From positions 1 through 64,000 of IMG/VR virus record IMGVR_UViG_3300050821_007139: 64,000 bases of DNA; one strand, written 5' to 3'. Position 1 is the first letter of the stretch, and each line of letters begins with the position of its first letter. Origin of the DNA: a virus. Position numbers and translations under genes: made by a program. Below are positions 19,318-29,278 of the stretch, one piece after another. The notes beneath the pieces are model-generated. The model was given only the letters and a program-made list of their open reading frames with translations. It had not been told where the DNA came from and ran no database searches.

Positions 19318-22300
19318 ATGAAGAAATTAATCTCTTTCGTATTTGCTTCACTGGGTTTTATAAGTCCAGCGTTAGCTGATGGTACAATTAACACATTAAA
19401 TCCTGGTAATTCCCTGACTGGATCAGAGTTGATTCCAATGTTTCAGGGTAACAACCCTATGACGACAACAAACCCAGTAGCACTTGGAACTTATCTTAAT
19501 GGGACCTTTCTTGTAAAAGGAAGCAATTTCATTCCAGGGGGAATGACAATATTAAATTATAATGCGTCTAATTTGACACTTCCTCCGGCTGCTGGATCTG
19601 TTCTACAAGTAATCGGTACTGATGGTGTTTCCGCAAGAATTGAAGTAGATTCTTTTAATACACCAGCGAAGCATGATGTGGTATGTTACGGGGGAACTTT
19701 TGCTTCTAGGACTGGTGTATTAGGCGGAACCAATTGCGGTGGTTATGATGTCTTTGCTTACAATGGTACTTCTGCTATTGGTCCTTTGGCTGGCATAGGA
19801 TTTTTCACATCTGAAAATCAATCATCCGGCCACGGAGGCATGGAGACGGTTTTAACTACAACTCCAAATGGAACCACTACAAGGATTAATAGAGTTAAAA
19901 TTACTAACGATGGAGCAATATTGGTTCCAGATACAGTTACTGGAGGAAGTCAAGGCCCAGGGACCATTAATATGGCAGGGTGTTTTGTTAATGGTGCTCC
20001 TTGCGGTGGTGGGGGCGGTGGATCTCCAGGAGGAATTACTAATAGTTTTCAATTTAATAACTCTGGCGCCTTTGGCGGTTCATCAAATCTACTCAATGGG
20101 GCTGGCGAGGTAGTTGTTAATTATAATTCCTCAACTTTACCGGCGCCTCTTGGTGGAACAGTTTTACAGATTGCCTCGCCGAATTCTACCCTTACAAGGG
20201 CCGAGGTAGACGCATGGGGCGCCGGATTTGGACCTAATTGGACCACCAGATTTGCTCGGGGGACTGCTGCTGCACCGTCGGCGGTTCAAAGTGGAGATAA
20301 CATTGGCGGATTTAATTCTTTCGGATACGGCGCAAGTGGATACTCAGTTAGCAATCGCGGTGGTTTTCGTGTAGTCGCAATTGAAAATTGGAACGATAGC
20401 GCTCAAGGAACCGAAGTCGATATTGATACTATAAATCTAGGATCGCTGAATTTAATTCAAGCCGCTAGGTTTTCCAGTGCTAATGCTATCTTCAATCATA
20501 GCGGAGCAACACTGCCGACTCCGCTTCCTGGAACAGTTCACCAAATTGCTGGGCCTACTGGAAACAATGTCAGGGCTGAGCTAGATTCTTGGGGAGTAGG
20601 ATTTGGGCCTAACTGGACAACACGTTACGCTCGCGGAACTCCCGGTGCGCCATCGGCAGTGCAATTAGGGGATAATATCGGCGGATTTAATTCCTTTGGT
20701 TATGGTGCAACCGGGTATTCCTTCAGCAACCGTGGTGGTATGAGAGTCCTCGCTACTGAAAATTGGACCGATACTGCACAAGGCACCGAGACTGATATTG
20801 ATATTACAAATACAGGAACTCAAACGTTAGCACAAGCAGCCAGATTTTCTAGTAATGGGTCTGTGATAGGCACACCTACTGGTAGTTTTCAAGGCCCTGG
20901 AACACTTAATATGGCAGGGTGCTTTATTAACGGCGTTGCTTGCGCGACATCTGGCGGCGGTGGTATAACTTGGCCAGCAACAAATGATATTGTTATTTCT
21001 AATGGAACTAGTTCGCCTGCAGGACTTGCACCTGTTAATGGGTCCTTAGTTATTGGTGCTGGCGGAGTCTGGGGAACATTAGGAATTGGGTTGAATACTT
21101 ATGTTCTTACATCGAATGGTACTACTGCATCTTGGCAGCCTGCAAGTGGCGGCGGCAGTGGTACAGTTTCAAGCTGCTCGACTATCTATGCGCTAGGTTA
21201 TTACGCCTCGACTGGCACCACAATTTCATGCCTTCCGAGTTCTGGAACGCCAACAACTATATTGCATGGTAATACGGCAGGCCCAGCAACATACGGCCCG
21301 GTCAATCTTAGCACTGATGTATCCAGTCTATTGCCAGACGCGAATCTTAATCCAGCAGGGTTCGGGCCGGCTGGGAGTTATACCAGCGCGAATATTACGG
21401 TGAGCGCAACAGGGCGCATAACGGCGGCTGCCAATGGTGGCGTCGCAGGCAATTTCTTTACCACCAACGCGGCGACGACGGGCGGCCCAACTGTCTATGC
21501 CTTAGCACTGACAGGGTATGCAACCAATGCTGGGAATTATATCTGCACTGCATCATTTACCCCAACGAATGGCGCAAATCCCACGCTTAATCCAAATACG
21601 ACCGGGCCGAAACCAATTCAGCTTCTAACTTCGACAGGGCTTGTCTCATTAGCTGGCGGCGAGATCCCAAACGCTAAACCTGCGTGTTTTATTTATGATG
21701 GTACGAATTATATCTACCAATCTATACAGGTAGCTGCACCGCCATTATTTGCTACTGATACGGTAACTCTACCAAAGTGGGTTGGATGCCAGTCGTATGT
21801 TATCACGACTGCAGCGCAGACGATTACGCTTCCAACTTCAACCGGGCTCCCGACAGGTGGCTGTGTCAATATCACGACGATTGGTGTAACGGCGCAACTT
21901 GCACCAACCGGCGCTTCAGGTGACGCGATTGATAACGGTCAAGTTGGCGGCGGCGCTGCAAATGCGGCAATCACGCTACCGGCTGATTTTTCAGGGCAAG
22001 TGACTTATAGCGGAACCCCAGGCGTAACGGCGTTTTCAATTCCTCTTGGGCCGGTACAATACGCACCGTTATCTTGGGGAGTTGGAGCAGATCTATCGCT
22101 TAACACGGGTGGAATTGATTTCGTAAGATTTGCGACGCCACGTGTGGTTTACGGTGTCAAGTGTAAGAATAATACGCTAGCTGGCACTGCACAAACTATG
22201 ACGTTTAAGTATCAGACTGATGCAGGCGGAACGATGGCTACGGGAACTACTATCTCTTCTGCGCCATTTGATATGAATGCAAATCTTGGATTGGAACAAA

Positions 22301-22413
22301 CGATTACCTTGACATCAAGCCCACTTCCCGTACCTGCCGCTTACTCTGTTGGAAGTACTATTAGCGGTAGTTCTACAGCAGGTTCCGGCCGCTGTCAGTA
22401 CACATATAGATAA
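19318..22413 (+). CDS. Long tail-fibre-like protein with Sec signal peptide and internal repeats
   Basis: Start re-called to ATG 19318 (SD gaggaa; MKKLISFVFASLGFISPALA); 'LTGSELIPMFQG' fibre N-terminal motif; three related ~125 aa repeats; Gly/Thr-rich. Confidence 0.75.
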   Translation: MKKLISFVFASLGFISPALADGTINTLNPGNSLTGSELIPMFQGNNPMTTTNPVALGTYLNGTFLVKGSNFIPGGMTILNYNASNLTLPPAAGSVLQVIGTDGVSARIEVDSFNTPAKHDVVCYGGTFASRTGVLGGTNCGGYDVFAYNGTSAIGPLAGIGFFTSENQSSGHGGMETVLTTTPNGTTTRINRVKITNDGAILVPDTVTGGSQGPGTINMAGCFVNGAPCGGGGGGSPGGITNSFQFNNSGAFGGSSNLLNGAGEVVVNYNSSTLPAPLGGTVLQIASPNSTLTRAEVDAWGAGFGPNWTTRFARGTAAAPSAVQSGDNIGGFNSFGYGASGYSVSNRGGFRVVAIENWNDSAQGTEVDIDTINLGSLNLIQAARFSSANAIFNHSGATLPTPLPGTVHQIAGPTGNNVRAELDSWGVGFGPNWTTRYARGTPGAPSAVQLGDNIGGFNSFGYGATGYSFSNRGGMRVLATENWTDTAQGTETDIDITNTGTQTLAQAARFSSNGSVIGTPTGSFQGPGTLNMAGCFINGVACATSGGGGITWPATNDIVISNGTSSPAGLAPVNGSLVIGAGGVWGTLGIGLNTYVLTSNGTTASWQPASGGGSGTVSSCSTIYALGYYASTGTTISCLPSSGTPTTILHGNTAGPATYGPVNLSTDVSSLLPDANLNPAGFGPAGSYTSANITVSATGRITAAANGGVAGNFFTTNAATTGGPTVYALALTGYATNAGNYICTASFTPTNGANPTLNPNTTGPKPIQLLTSTGLVSLAGGEIPNAKPACFIYDGTNYIYQSIQVAAPPLFATDTVTLPKWVGCQSYVITTAAQTITLPTSTGLPTGGCVNITTIGVTAQLAPTGASGDAIDNGQVGGGAANAAITLPADFSGQVTYSGTPGVTAFSIPLGPVQYAPLSWGVGADLSLNTGGIDFVRFATPRVVYGVKCKNNTLAGTAQTMTFKYQTDAGGTMATGTTISSAPFDMNANLGLEQTITLTSSPLPVPAAYSVGSTISGSSTAGSGRCQYTYR

Positions 22414-22428
22414 GAGCCGTTTAAAAGC

Positions 22429-23022
22429 GTGATTACACGACGTAGGCTTATCGCAAGTGCGCTCGCCGCTCCGGCTATTATTCGTCCGGCTTCAGCTAAC
22501 TTATTGATGATGCCTGCTGCGGGTGGTGGTAGCTCCACAAATTTTATCACAGGTGAAACGTTAGGCGTGTTGAATAATAATGTCACCGATCTTCTCGGCT
22601 TTATTATGACGACAGGAGCAACGCCCATTACGATTACGGATCTTGGTCGCTGGAAAATATCTGGTAATAGTCTAACGCATACGATTTATATAATTGACAT
22701 CGGCTCTGCTGGAATGACTAACCCCGGCACATCTCTAGGCTCTGCAGTTGTTAATTTATCTGGCGGGACAATAGGTGCGTTTAATTATACAACATTGGGC
22801 TCGCCTGTAACGCTAGCAGGTAGTCATCAATATCTTGTTGTTTCATCAGAGACCGCTAGCGGAGATCAATGGTATGATCAGACGACAGTCGTCACAACAA
22901 CTACTGTCGCGTCTATTACGCAGTCTGCGATAATATCAGGTTCTAGTCCTACAGGAACATGGACAACAACCAGTATTGCTAATACTGATTATGGTCCATG
23001 TGATTTTAAATATCATCTGTGA
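22429..23022 (+). CDS. Tat-signal protein with DUF4082-like beta domain
   Basis: 'ITRRRLI...RPASA' twin-arginine signal; 'LGF..T....ITITDLGRWK.....TH' domain. Confidence 0.7.
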   Translation: MITRRRLIASALAAPAIIRPASANLLMMPAAGGGSSTNFITGETLGVLNNNVTDLLGFIMTTGATPITITDLGRWKISGNSLTHTIYIIDIGSAGMTNPGTSLGSAVVNLSGGTIGAFNYTTLGSPVTLAGSHQYLVVSSETASGDQWYDQTTVVTTTTVASITQSAIISGSSPTGTWTTTSIANTDYGPCDFKYHL

Positions 23023-23030
23023 GCTTTTAG

Positions 23031-26000
23031 ATGCGCCGCCGTGATCTATTAAAGATTAGTCCGGGGTTGCTGGTCCCGAAGATCGCTTTGGCGCGGCCTA
23101 AACATGGCGGCGGCGGTGCGGGGGCTCCTCCACCAACGCAGACTATTACAGCCGTTACGTTATCGAGTAATACCGTTGTGGGTGGCGCCGGATCAGCCAA
23201 TACGGTAATTGGGACCGCAACCGTTGTGCTCTCACCATCGAGCCCAAGTGCAAGTGGTATTGTTTGGAGCCTAGCGGGAACTGATGCAAGCCATTTTGTA
23301 ATCAATTCATCGACGGGCGTTTATAGCGTAAGTGGCTCTGATATTACGCCAGGGGTTTATAATGATGTGGAATTTGTGCCGACAAATGTGGCTTACACAG
23401 GATCAGGAACACATTTTACAAAAACTATAACAGCAACTGCTGTTGCGACGCCAGTAGCTATAACATTCAATCCAGCATCGCCAGCTACGGTTTATGACAC
23501 AGCGTTGTCCGGCGCGACAGTGAATATGCCTACTGTCACGATGTCAGATTCATCCACATTCACCGGAACGTGGGGGATACCGACAAATCCGGGCGGATTG
23601 CTGGTATTTTCTGGAAGTAATCTTAACCTAACACGAAATCTATCGCCCGCTGATATTGGCACGCCGCTTTTTACTATTAGTGCCCTAGAACACTCGACCA
23701 CGATTACAAATAATCTGACACTGAACATCACGGCGCCACCTGCAGGTGTTAATTTTATTACGTCGGTCACTGCCAGCACGAGTATGAACACGTATGGGTT
23801 CCCACTCGGGTTTGCGTTCACAGTTGGCAGCTCACCCATTACCGTCTCTGCTCTTGGTCGCTATAAGGTCAATTCGGGCGATAACCAAACACATTCATTA
23901 TATCTGCTAGATCCTACAATTGTAGATCCAGGTGGGAAATATCGCGTTGTGGCCGGCGGTTCAGCATCGGTCAATATCGGCAGTGCAACAGTCAATACGT
24001 TCACATATGGCAGCGTAGTGAGTCCAACTACGCTCCTCACGGGACATCAATATATTCTGATCAGTACTGAAACTAATGGCGGCGATCATTGGTTCGATCA
24101 AGGATGCGCTGTTACATCAACGGCTGATGCAGTGGTAAATTATCCCGTCTTCGTAAACGGCCCTGCGTTTAATCAGAACGTAACGCCGAATGGTGGCGGG
24201 AATCATGCCTACGTGCCGCTTGATTTTATCTATTCGGTTGGCGCCACGGCGGTTGCTACAATACAGGGTGGCCCTGGCTCGGTGGCCGGGCCAATAGTTA
24301 ACAATGCGCAGGCGCTATTCTATCCGACATTAACCTCCGGCGGGATCGGCACTGTAATCAGCGGATCAGCCGTTATTATGAACGCGACTTGGGTCAATGG
24401 AGGGCCTGAGCTGTCTTTCCCCGGCGTATCCGTCACTGGACAGTGGATGCGAGATAACGAGATCCCGATAAGTCCCGCCATTACATCGACTGGGGCGATA
24501 ATCTCTGGTGGACATTTCAACGGACAACCAGGTTGGTTTACTTATACTTTAGATACAACTACGATTCCAGATGGGGCTCATACGGTTTACTGTCGGATTA
24601 TTGATAGCGGGACCAGTCCTGCTCTTTCGTGCTATCAATGGGGATCGTGGGGGAAACCCTTTATTGTATCGAATGGGAGCCTTAATATTGGCAATCAGAC
24701 CATTTGGACATCGCAGTATTCAATAGGGCCGCGCTCACAGGTGCCAAAGCCTGATAGTGTCGCTTATAATAGCATTCCCAATCCAGTGAATGCTACGTAT
24801 CCATATCCCTATGCGGTTTCGGCGACAGCTACGGCTCGGGGCGGCGATCTGACGCGGTTTAGAGATGTAACGACAATTTGCGCCGAGGCCATTAATGCCC
24901 CAAGAGGCGGGGAATATCTTGGGCCGCCACAGTTTTGCACGACGCTACCAAGTAGCGGCAGCGGCGGAGTGTTTGTTGGGCATCAAGATCCGCTAGTTGA
25001 CGCTGGAAGTAATGCGGGCGCGTATCCCTATGTAATTCGGCAGAATTATCCAGATGGCACGAGACTAAATAATCAAACGGCGAATATTAGTACTTTCGTT
25101 GAGGCGCCAACGTGGTTGACTGGTGCTGGCGCGTGGCTCGGGTGCAGTGTTGAGGGTCGATTTTTCATCACCGACCAGTTTGGTAATACGACTACTCTAG
25201 CGGGATATACGCGCGATCGCACAGTATTAACGGTAGATCCAACTAATAGCACCGATAGTGAGTCCGATCTTACGCGGGTTTTAATTGGCACGTTTCCAAC
25301 GGACGTTGATCTTGGCGGCGCGACTGATCTGGTTGTTGATCCGCGAAATGATCATATTGTTTATGTGCTATGTCAGAATGCTGCCAATTGGCTTGCTAAG
25401 ATCACGCTGACGGGGACTAGTCTGGCGGGCGGTGTGACAGCGGCAGTAACTGTTTATGCTGGCTTGCCGGGAGCGCCCGATGCATATGTCGAGGCGCCCG
25501 GAACAGGCGCGACGAACGCACGGTTTTCTCAACCCATTAGCTTAGTAATCGTTGGCACAGTAAGCAATACGGCGGCGCCTAACGGCGATCCGGTCGGTAC
25601 GATCTACATTGCGGATCAGGGCAGCGCTGATCCGGCGCTCCCAAATAATAGTGCCATCCGCCGAATATCAGCTAACGGTTTAACTGTTGATACGCTATAT
25701 GGCGGTACTGTAGGCCCAACGCTGCCAACTGGAGCGCAAGTCAACGATTATACGGTAATCACCATTACGTCGATGAGTTGGAGCGCGACGGGCGGCGGGA
25801 CGGGGACTATCGTATCAGCTACGCCGATAACCTATGTTTCCGCGATTGGGTGTTCCGTAGCTTTTCTAGGTGTGGTGAATTCAGGATCGGCTCCCGTAAA
25901 CTCTAGCGATGGCGGACCAGCGGGATCGCCAAAGTTTTATGTAAATGGGTTTACTAATAATACCCATTTTACTATTGCTATGCCGGGGACTTCTGGTGTT

Positions 26001-27314
26001 GACTTCAATCCGGGGCTCTTTGGCGGGACCATTCAAATCTTTAGCTATGCTTCTGATAAGTACAGTCCGCCCGGCACCGTATCGCTAACCGGGCCAGCCG
26101 GCTGGACTGCTTTCCCCGGTTTTATTCGATGGAGTTCAGCACAGCATTTAGTTTTGTCAGAGTTTTGGACAGATAATGTACGGGACATCAATCTGGCGGC
26201 GAATACAATCAGGCGTATAGGAACGTTTGATAATCGCATTCAGGCGTTAGATCCGGCGCCGGGTAGCTGGCTGGGGATGGACTGTGATTATGCTGGAGTG
26301 CTTGGCCCAGTTGATGATATTATCTTAGCTAAGTTCCAATCCAACGCGAGCGCCGCTCATTACGTCTGGCGCGTAGGGTTTGATAGTACTGGTTTCAATG
26401 GCGGAAGTGCCTATACTCAAGGGAGCTTCAGTGACTTTGGCTCCTTTCCAACTATTGGCCAATCATCGACACTTTTAGCGGGAGCGGGACATTACCCCTG
26501 GGCATGGTCATTCTCGCGCACACAAGGCCGCGCAATCTCGACCGGTACAGCAAATGCGGCGCCCGCATTTCACCGCATTATGGAACCTGGCGATGTAGTA
26601 GTTAATATCGGCACCAGTCAGAACATTGATTTCGCGAAATGGACGAATGGTAATAATATATGGAATCAGGGCACCGTAACGGCGTTTCCCTGGACTGCGC
26701 GACCGGCGTTTAGCGCACTTTGGGGTTTTTGGGGTGACGGGCAAATCCTGGGACACACTTGGGATGACTTAATGCACAACACGGCATTAGGAAGCTTTGC
26801 GTCAAGCTCCCCAGGCGACGCAGGCGATATTGCACTTGCGAATTATATCCGCGCCGGCATGGGCGGATCAGTTCCGCGCCCTGAGATCACCGGCAATGAT
26901 ATGCGGGATCTGATTTATTTTATTAGGCGAAATACTCTGCTTGGTAGTGGATTAGTTGGTGGGCCGGCTTTGGTTGTTCCGGGTGCGGATGATGCTAACG
27001 TTACGCCGCCGTTGATCCTGACGTTAAGCGCGGTGCATAATGCGCCCGTAGGCGGGTTTGAATCCCTCACCGTAACGTGGACAACTGATACCTCTTGTAT
27101 CGGATGCGCAATGGCAGGAACAAGCTCGCAGCTTGGTCAGCCGTGGCCGACAAATATTCCCTCAGAGATTGAAAGTAGCTACGGCACGAGCCATAGTGTT
27201 ACCATTGCGGCGCCTAATGGTATCAAGCTGGGCGCGTCGCCGATATATTACCGCGTGATTGCTAAGGACATGGCAGGAAATTGTGTCTATTCAAACACCC
27301 TATCGGTGGCATGA
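23031..27314 (+). CDS. Large Tat-signal adhesin/receptor-binding protein (cadherin/Ig-like, DUF4082-like, NHL-type propeller, FN3-like)
   Basis: 'MRRRDLL...KIALA' signal; 'WSLAGTDASHF.I' cadherin-like; 'ARFSQP', 'IYIADQG...IRRI' NHL-like; C-term 'VTWTTD...H.VTI...YYRV.AKD.AGN'. Confidence 0.72.
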   Translation: MRRRDLLKISPGLLVPKIALARPKHGGGGAGAPPPTQTITAVTLSSNTVVGGAGSANTVIGTATVVLSPSSPSASGIVWSLAGTDASHFVINSSTGVYSVSGSDITPGVYNDVEFVPTNVAYTGSGTHFTKTITATAVATPVAITFNPASPATVYDTALSGATVNMPTVTMSDSSTFTGTWGIPTNPGGLLVFSGSNLNLTRNLSPADIGTPLFTISALEHSTTITNNLTLNITAPPAGVNFITSVTASTSMNTYGFPLGFAFTVGSSPITVSALGRYKVNSGDNQTHSLYLLDPTIVDPGGKYRVVAGGSASVNIGSATVNTFTYGSVVSPTTLLTGHQYILISTETNGGDHWFDQGCAVTSTADAVVNYPVFVNGPAFNQNVTPNGGGNHAYVPLDFIYSVGATAVATIQGGPGSVAGPIVNNAQALFYPTLTSGGIGTVISGSAVIMNATWVNGGPELSFPGVSVTGQWMRDNEIPISPAITSTGAIISGGHFNGQPGWFTYTLDTTTIPDGAHTVYCRIIDSGTSPALSCYQWGSWGKPFIVSNGSLNIGNQTIWTSQYSIGPRSQVPKPDSVAYNSIPNPVNATYPYPYAVSATATARGGDLTRFRDVTTICAEAINAPRGGEYLGPPQFCTTLPSSGSGGVFVGHQDPLVDAGSNAGAYPYVIRQNYPDGTRLNNQTANISTFVEAPTWLTGAGAWLGCSVEGRFFITDQFGNTTTLAGYTRDRTVLTVDPTNSTDSESDLTRVLIGTFPTDVDLGGATDLVVDPRNDHIVYVLCQNAANWLAKITLTGTSLAGGVTAAVTVYAGLPGAPDAYVEAPGTGATNARFSQPISLVIVGTVSNTAAPNGDPVGTIYIADQGSADPALPNNSAIRRISANGLTVDTLYGGTVGPTLPTGAQVNDYTVITITSMSWSATGGGTGTIVSATPITYVSAIGCSVAFLGVVNSGSAPVNSSDGGPAGSPKFYVNGFTNNTHFTIAMPGTSGVDFNPGLFGGTIQIFSYASDKYSPPGTVSLTGPAGWTAFPGFIRWSSAQHLVLSEFWTDNVRDINLAANTIRRIGTFDNRIQALDPAPGSWLGMDCDYAGVLGPVDDIILAKFQSNASAAHYVWRVGFDSTGFNGGSAYTQGSFSDFGSFPTIGQSSTLLAGAGHYPWAWSFSRTQGRAISTGTANAAPAFHRIMEPGDVVVNIGTSQNIDFAKWTNGNNIWNQGTVTAFPWTARPAFSALWGFWGDGQILGHTWDDLMHNTALGSFASSSPGDAGDIALANYIRAGMGGSVPRPEITGNDMRDLIYFIRRNTLLGSGLVGGPALVVPGADDANVTPPLILTLSAVHNAPVGGFESLTVTWTTDTSCIGCAMAGTSSQLGQPWPTNIPSEIESSYGTSHSVTIAAPNGIKLGASPIYYRVIAKDMAGNCVYSNTLSVA

Positions 27315-27331
27315 AGAGAGGTCAGTGAACA

Positions 27332-27532
27332 ATGCGCAGGATGAGTACCGGAGAAGCTAGAAGACGATTTGCCGAGATCATCAGGGAATCAGCACATACA
27401 GTTATAACAAGACATGGGAAAGATATTGCGGCCGTGGTTCCTATAAAAGATGTCCGGCAATTACCCCCAGGTGCGATTCAAGTTCTACAAAACCATGAGA
27501 TACTGATCTACTCTGGAAAAGATGGGTATTAA
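27332..27532 (+). CDS. Phd/YefM-family antitoxin-like protein (orphan)
   Basis: 'STGEARRRFAEII......VITRHGKDIAAVVP'. Confidence 0.8.
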   Translation: MRRMSTGEARRRFAEIIRESAHTVITRHGKDIAAVVPIKDVRQLPPGAIQVLQNHEILIYSGKDGY

Positions 27533-27554
27533 TGAGCGAAAGTAAGCTATAGAT

Positions 27555-28727
27555 ATGCGAAGAGTCAGCTTACTCTTACTTATTGTATCGCTTGCTACGA
27601 CACTGATAGGGTTGTTGGTTTCGCTGCCAAATCGCGCAAATATGCTTTTTATGCCGTCAGGGTCAGGTGGTGGGATTAGTCCAGATGGATCTTTTATTCA
27701 AGCTCCGGCAACTGGAGTCACGGGCGCTGCGGCGGGATCATTAAGGACCGTATATGGTACTTTCTCATTCGGGGATTTATACGCGCCTGTCCCGCATTAT
27801 GGTGGCGGACAGCTTTACATCCCGTTGCTAAACGGCGTGCAGATGGAGCCGGGGCAGACGTTCGTATGGGCGCAGTTCTTTTATGTCGGGTACGGCGGGA
27901 ACGCTTTTGCAATGGTTACGGGTGATCAGCTACAAGCATCGTGGAGCAATAGTTCGTGGAACGGTGATAATGGTGGCACAGGGCCGGGACCATTTACCGG
28001 GTTTCCAGGCTTTGGCGGGGCTAATCAGATACCCGTTGGGACGCCGACCCCACCAACATTGCCGACAGCTTGGGCCGGTCCTTACACACCATCAGCAGAT
28101 GGTACAGCGATCTCAGGTGGAACAGGAACCTTAACCTCAGCACGGGGAGATGGTGGGATATGGACTTTTGGTGCTGCTAGCGGCGGCGGATATATCATGC
28201 AGCGCCAGGGTATCACCGTATCGACGCCCAATTCAGGCTCGCTCACGCCTTATATCGTCACCGATATGCAAATAAGCGCGTTTGGCTCGTTATTTTTTAA
28301 GACGGTAGATACAGTGTGGCACGTATGGAGCGGTCATCAGGCGAACGCCTCGACGGGGCCGCCCGGTACGGTGCCGATTCCAGTGGCGGTTAACTTCACG
28401 CCAAATGGATCGCTACCGCATGTGACGGTTGGCTCGGCGGATGGAACATTCGTCGCAGGCGTCGTGACCACTATGAGTGATGGGGGCAGTTCTGTCGGCA
28501 CGCTTTCTATCGGCCTCGACTTTAACACTGGTACGCGATTGTTGCGTAACTGGAATAGCGCCGATCCCTGTCCGTCTAGCTGTTCGGCAAATACGACGAT
28601 AGTTGTGTGCGGCGTTGGCACTATAGGCACGGGGCTGGGATGCGTCGGCACTTATAATGGATCGAGTTCTCCGGTGACTGTAACGCAAAATGGAGCTTCG
28701 ATCGTGTCAAAGATTAACGCGCAATGA
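27555..28727 (+). CDS. Secreted Gly/Pro-rich fibre/adhesin-like protein
   Basis: 'MRR' + hydrophobic signal ending 'NRA'; duplicated 'S.DG..I......L....G.WTFG' unit; Cys-rich C-terminus. Confidence 0.65.
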   Translation: MRRVSLLLLIVSLATTLIGLLVSLPNRANMLFMPSGSGGGISPDGSFIQAPATGVTGAAAGSLRTVYGTFSFGDLYAPVPHYGGGQLYIPLLNGVQMEPGQTFVWAQFFYVGYGGNAFAMVTGDQLQASWSNSSWNGDNGGTGPGPFTGFPGFGGANQIPVGTPTPPTLPTAWAGPYTPSADGTAISGGTGTLTSARGDGGIWTFGAASGGGYIMQRQGITVSTPNSGSLTPYIVTDMQISAFGSLFFKTVDTVWHVWSGHQANASTGPPGTVPIPVAVNFTPNGSLPHVTVGSADGTFVAGVVTTMSDGGSSVGTLSIGLDFNTGTRLLRNWNSADPCPSSCSANTTIVVCGVGTIGTGLGCVGTYNGSSSPVTVTQNGASIVSKINAQ

Positions 28728-28731
28728 CCTA

Positions 28732-28860
28732 ATGAGGATCTCCCTCGACTATCAGACGGGTAGCGAGCATAAGCGCATGCGGCTTTGCCTGAGCTTCTAT
28801 GGCAACGGCTGGCGCCGGAGCATCCCCGTCTGGTTTTGGACCAAATCGTTTTTCGTGTGA
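28732..28860 (+). CDS. Possible 42-aa leader ORF upstream of tatA
   Basis: Hand-translated MRISLDYQTGSEHKRMRLCLSFYGNGWRRSIPVWFWTKSFFV; stop overlaps the tatA SD. Confidence 0.35.
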   Translation: MRISLDYQTGSEHKRMRLCLSFYGNGWRRSIPVWFWTKSFFV

Positions 28861-28877
28861 GGGAGTGACCACACCTT

Positions 28878-29105
28878 ATGGGCTCGCTAAGTCTCGCTCA
28901 TTGGCTGGTTGTTTTCGCGATCGTCACATTTCTATTCGGGGCTGGCAAAATCCCCCGACTTATGAGCGACGCGGCGAAGGGTGTAAAAATTTGGAAGAAA
29001 GAAATTCACGCTCCGCTCGAAGATGTTGTTAGCAACGTGAACGAAACATCTGCAGAGGTAAGAGCACTTAATCCGTTACCCACAATTAAAAAGCTTGGAT
29101 TATGA
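28878..29105 (+). CDS. tatA: Twin-arginine translocase TatA/E subunit
   Basis: [41 protein letters not shown]: TM helix, FG hinge, amphipathic helix of alphaproteobacterial type; SD gagggag. Confidence 0.92.
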   Translation: MGSLSLAHWLVVFAIVTFLFGAGKIPRLMSDAAKGVKIWKKEIHAPLEDVVSNVNETSAEVRALNPLPTIKKLGL

Positions 29106-29278
29106 TAATTCGCGCGTTTGTATGGATCTTAATATTACTGCTTGTAGCTCCGGCTTTCGCTAAGCCAAAACATGGTGGCGGCGGAGGCGGTGGGGCGCCG
29201 TCGAATTTTATACTGAATGACGCAGGAACTGCGATTCTCACCAATGACGCTGGCACACAGAGGTTAACTCCGCCATGA
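29102..29278 (+). CDS. 58-aa secreted peptide (not in ORF track)
   Basis: [58 protein letters not shown]; ATGA overlaps at both ends. Confidence 0.75.
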   Translation: MIIRAFVWILILLLVAPAFAKPKHGGGGGGGAPSNFILNDAGTAILTNDAGTQRLTPP

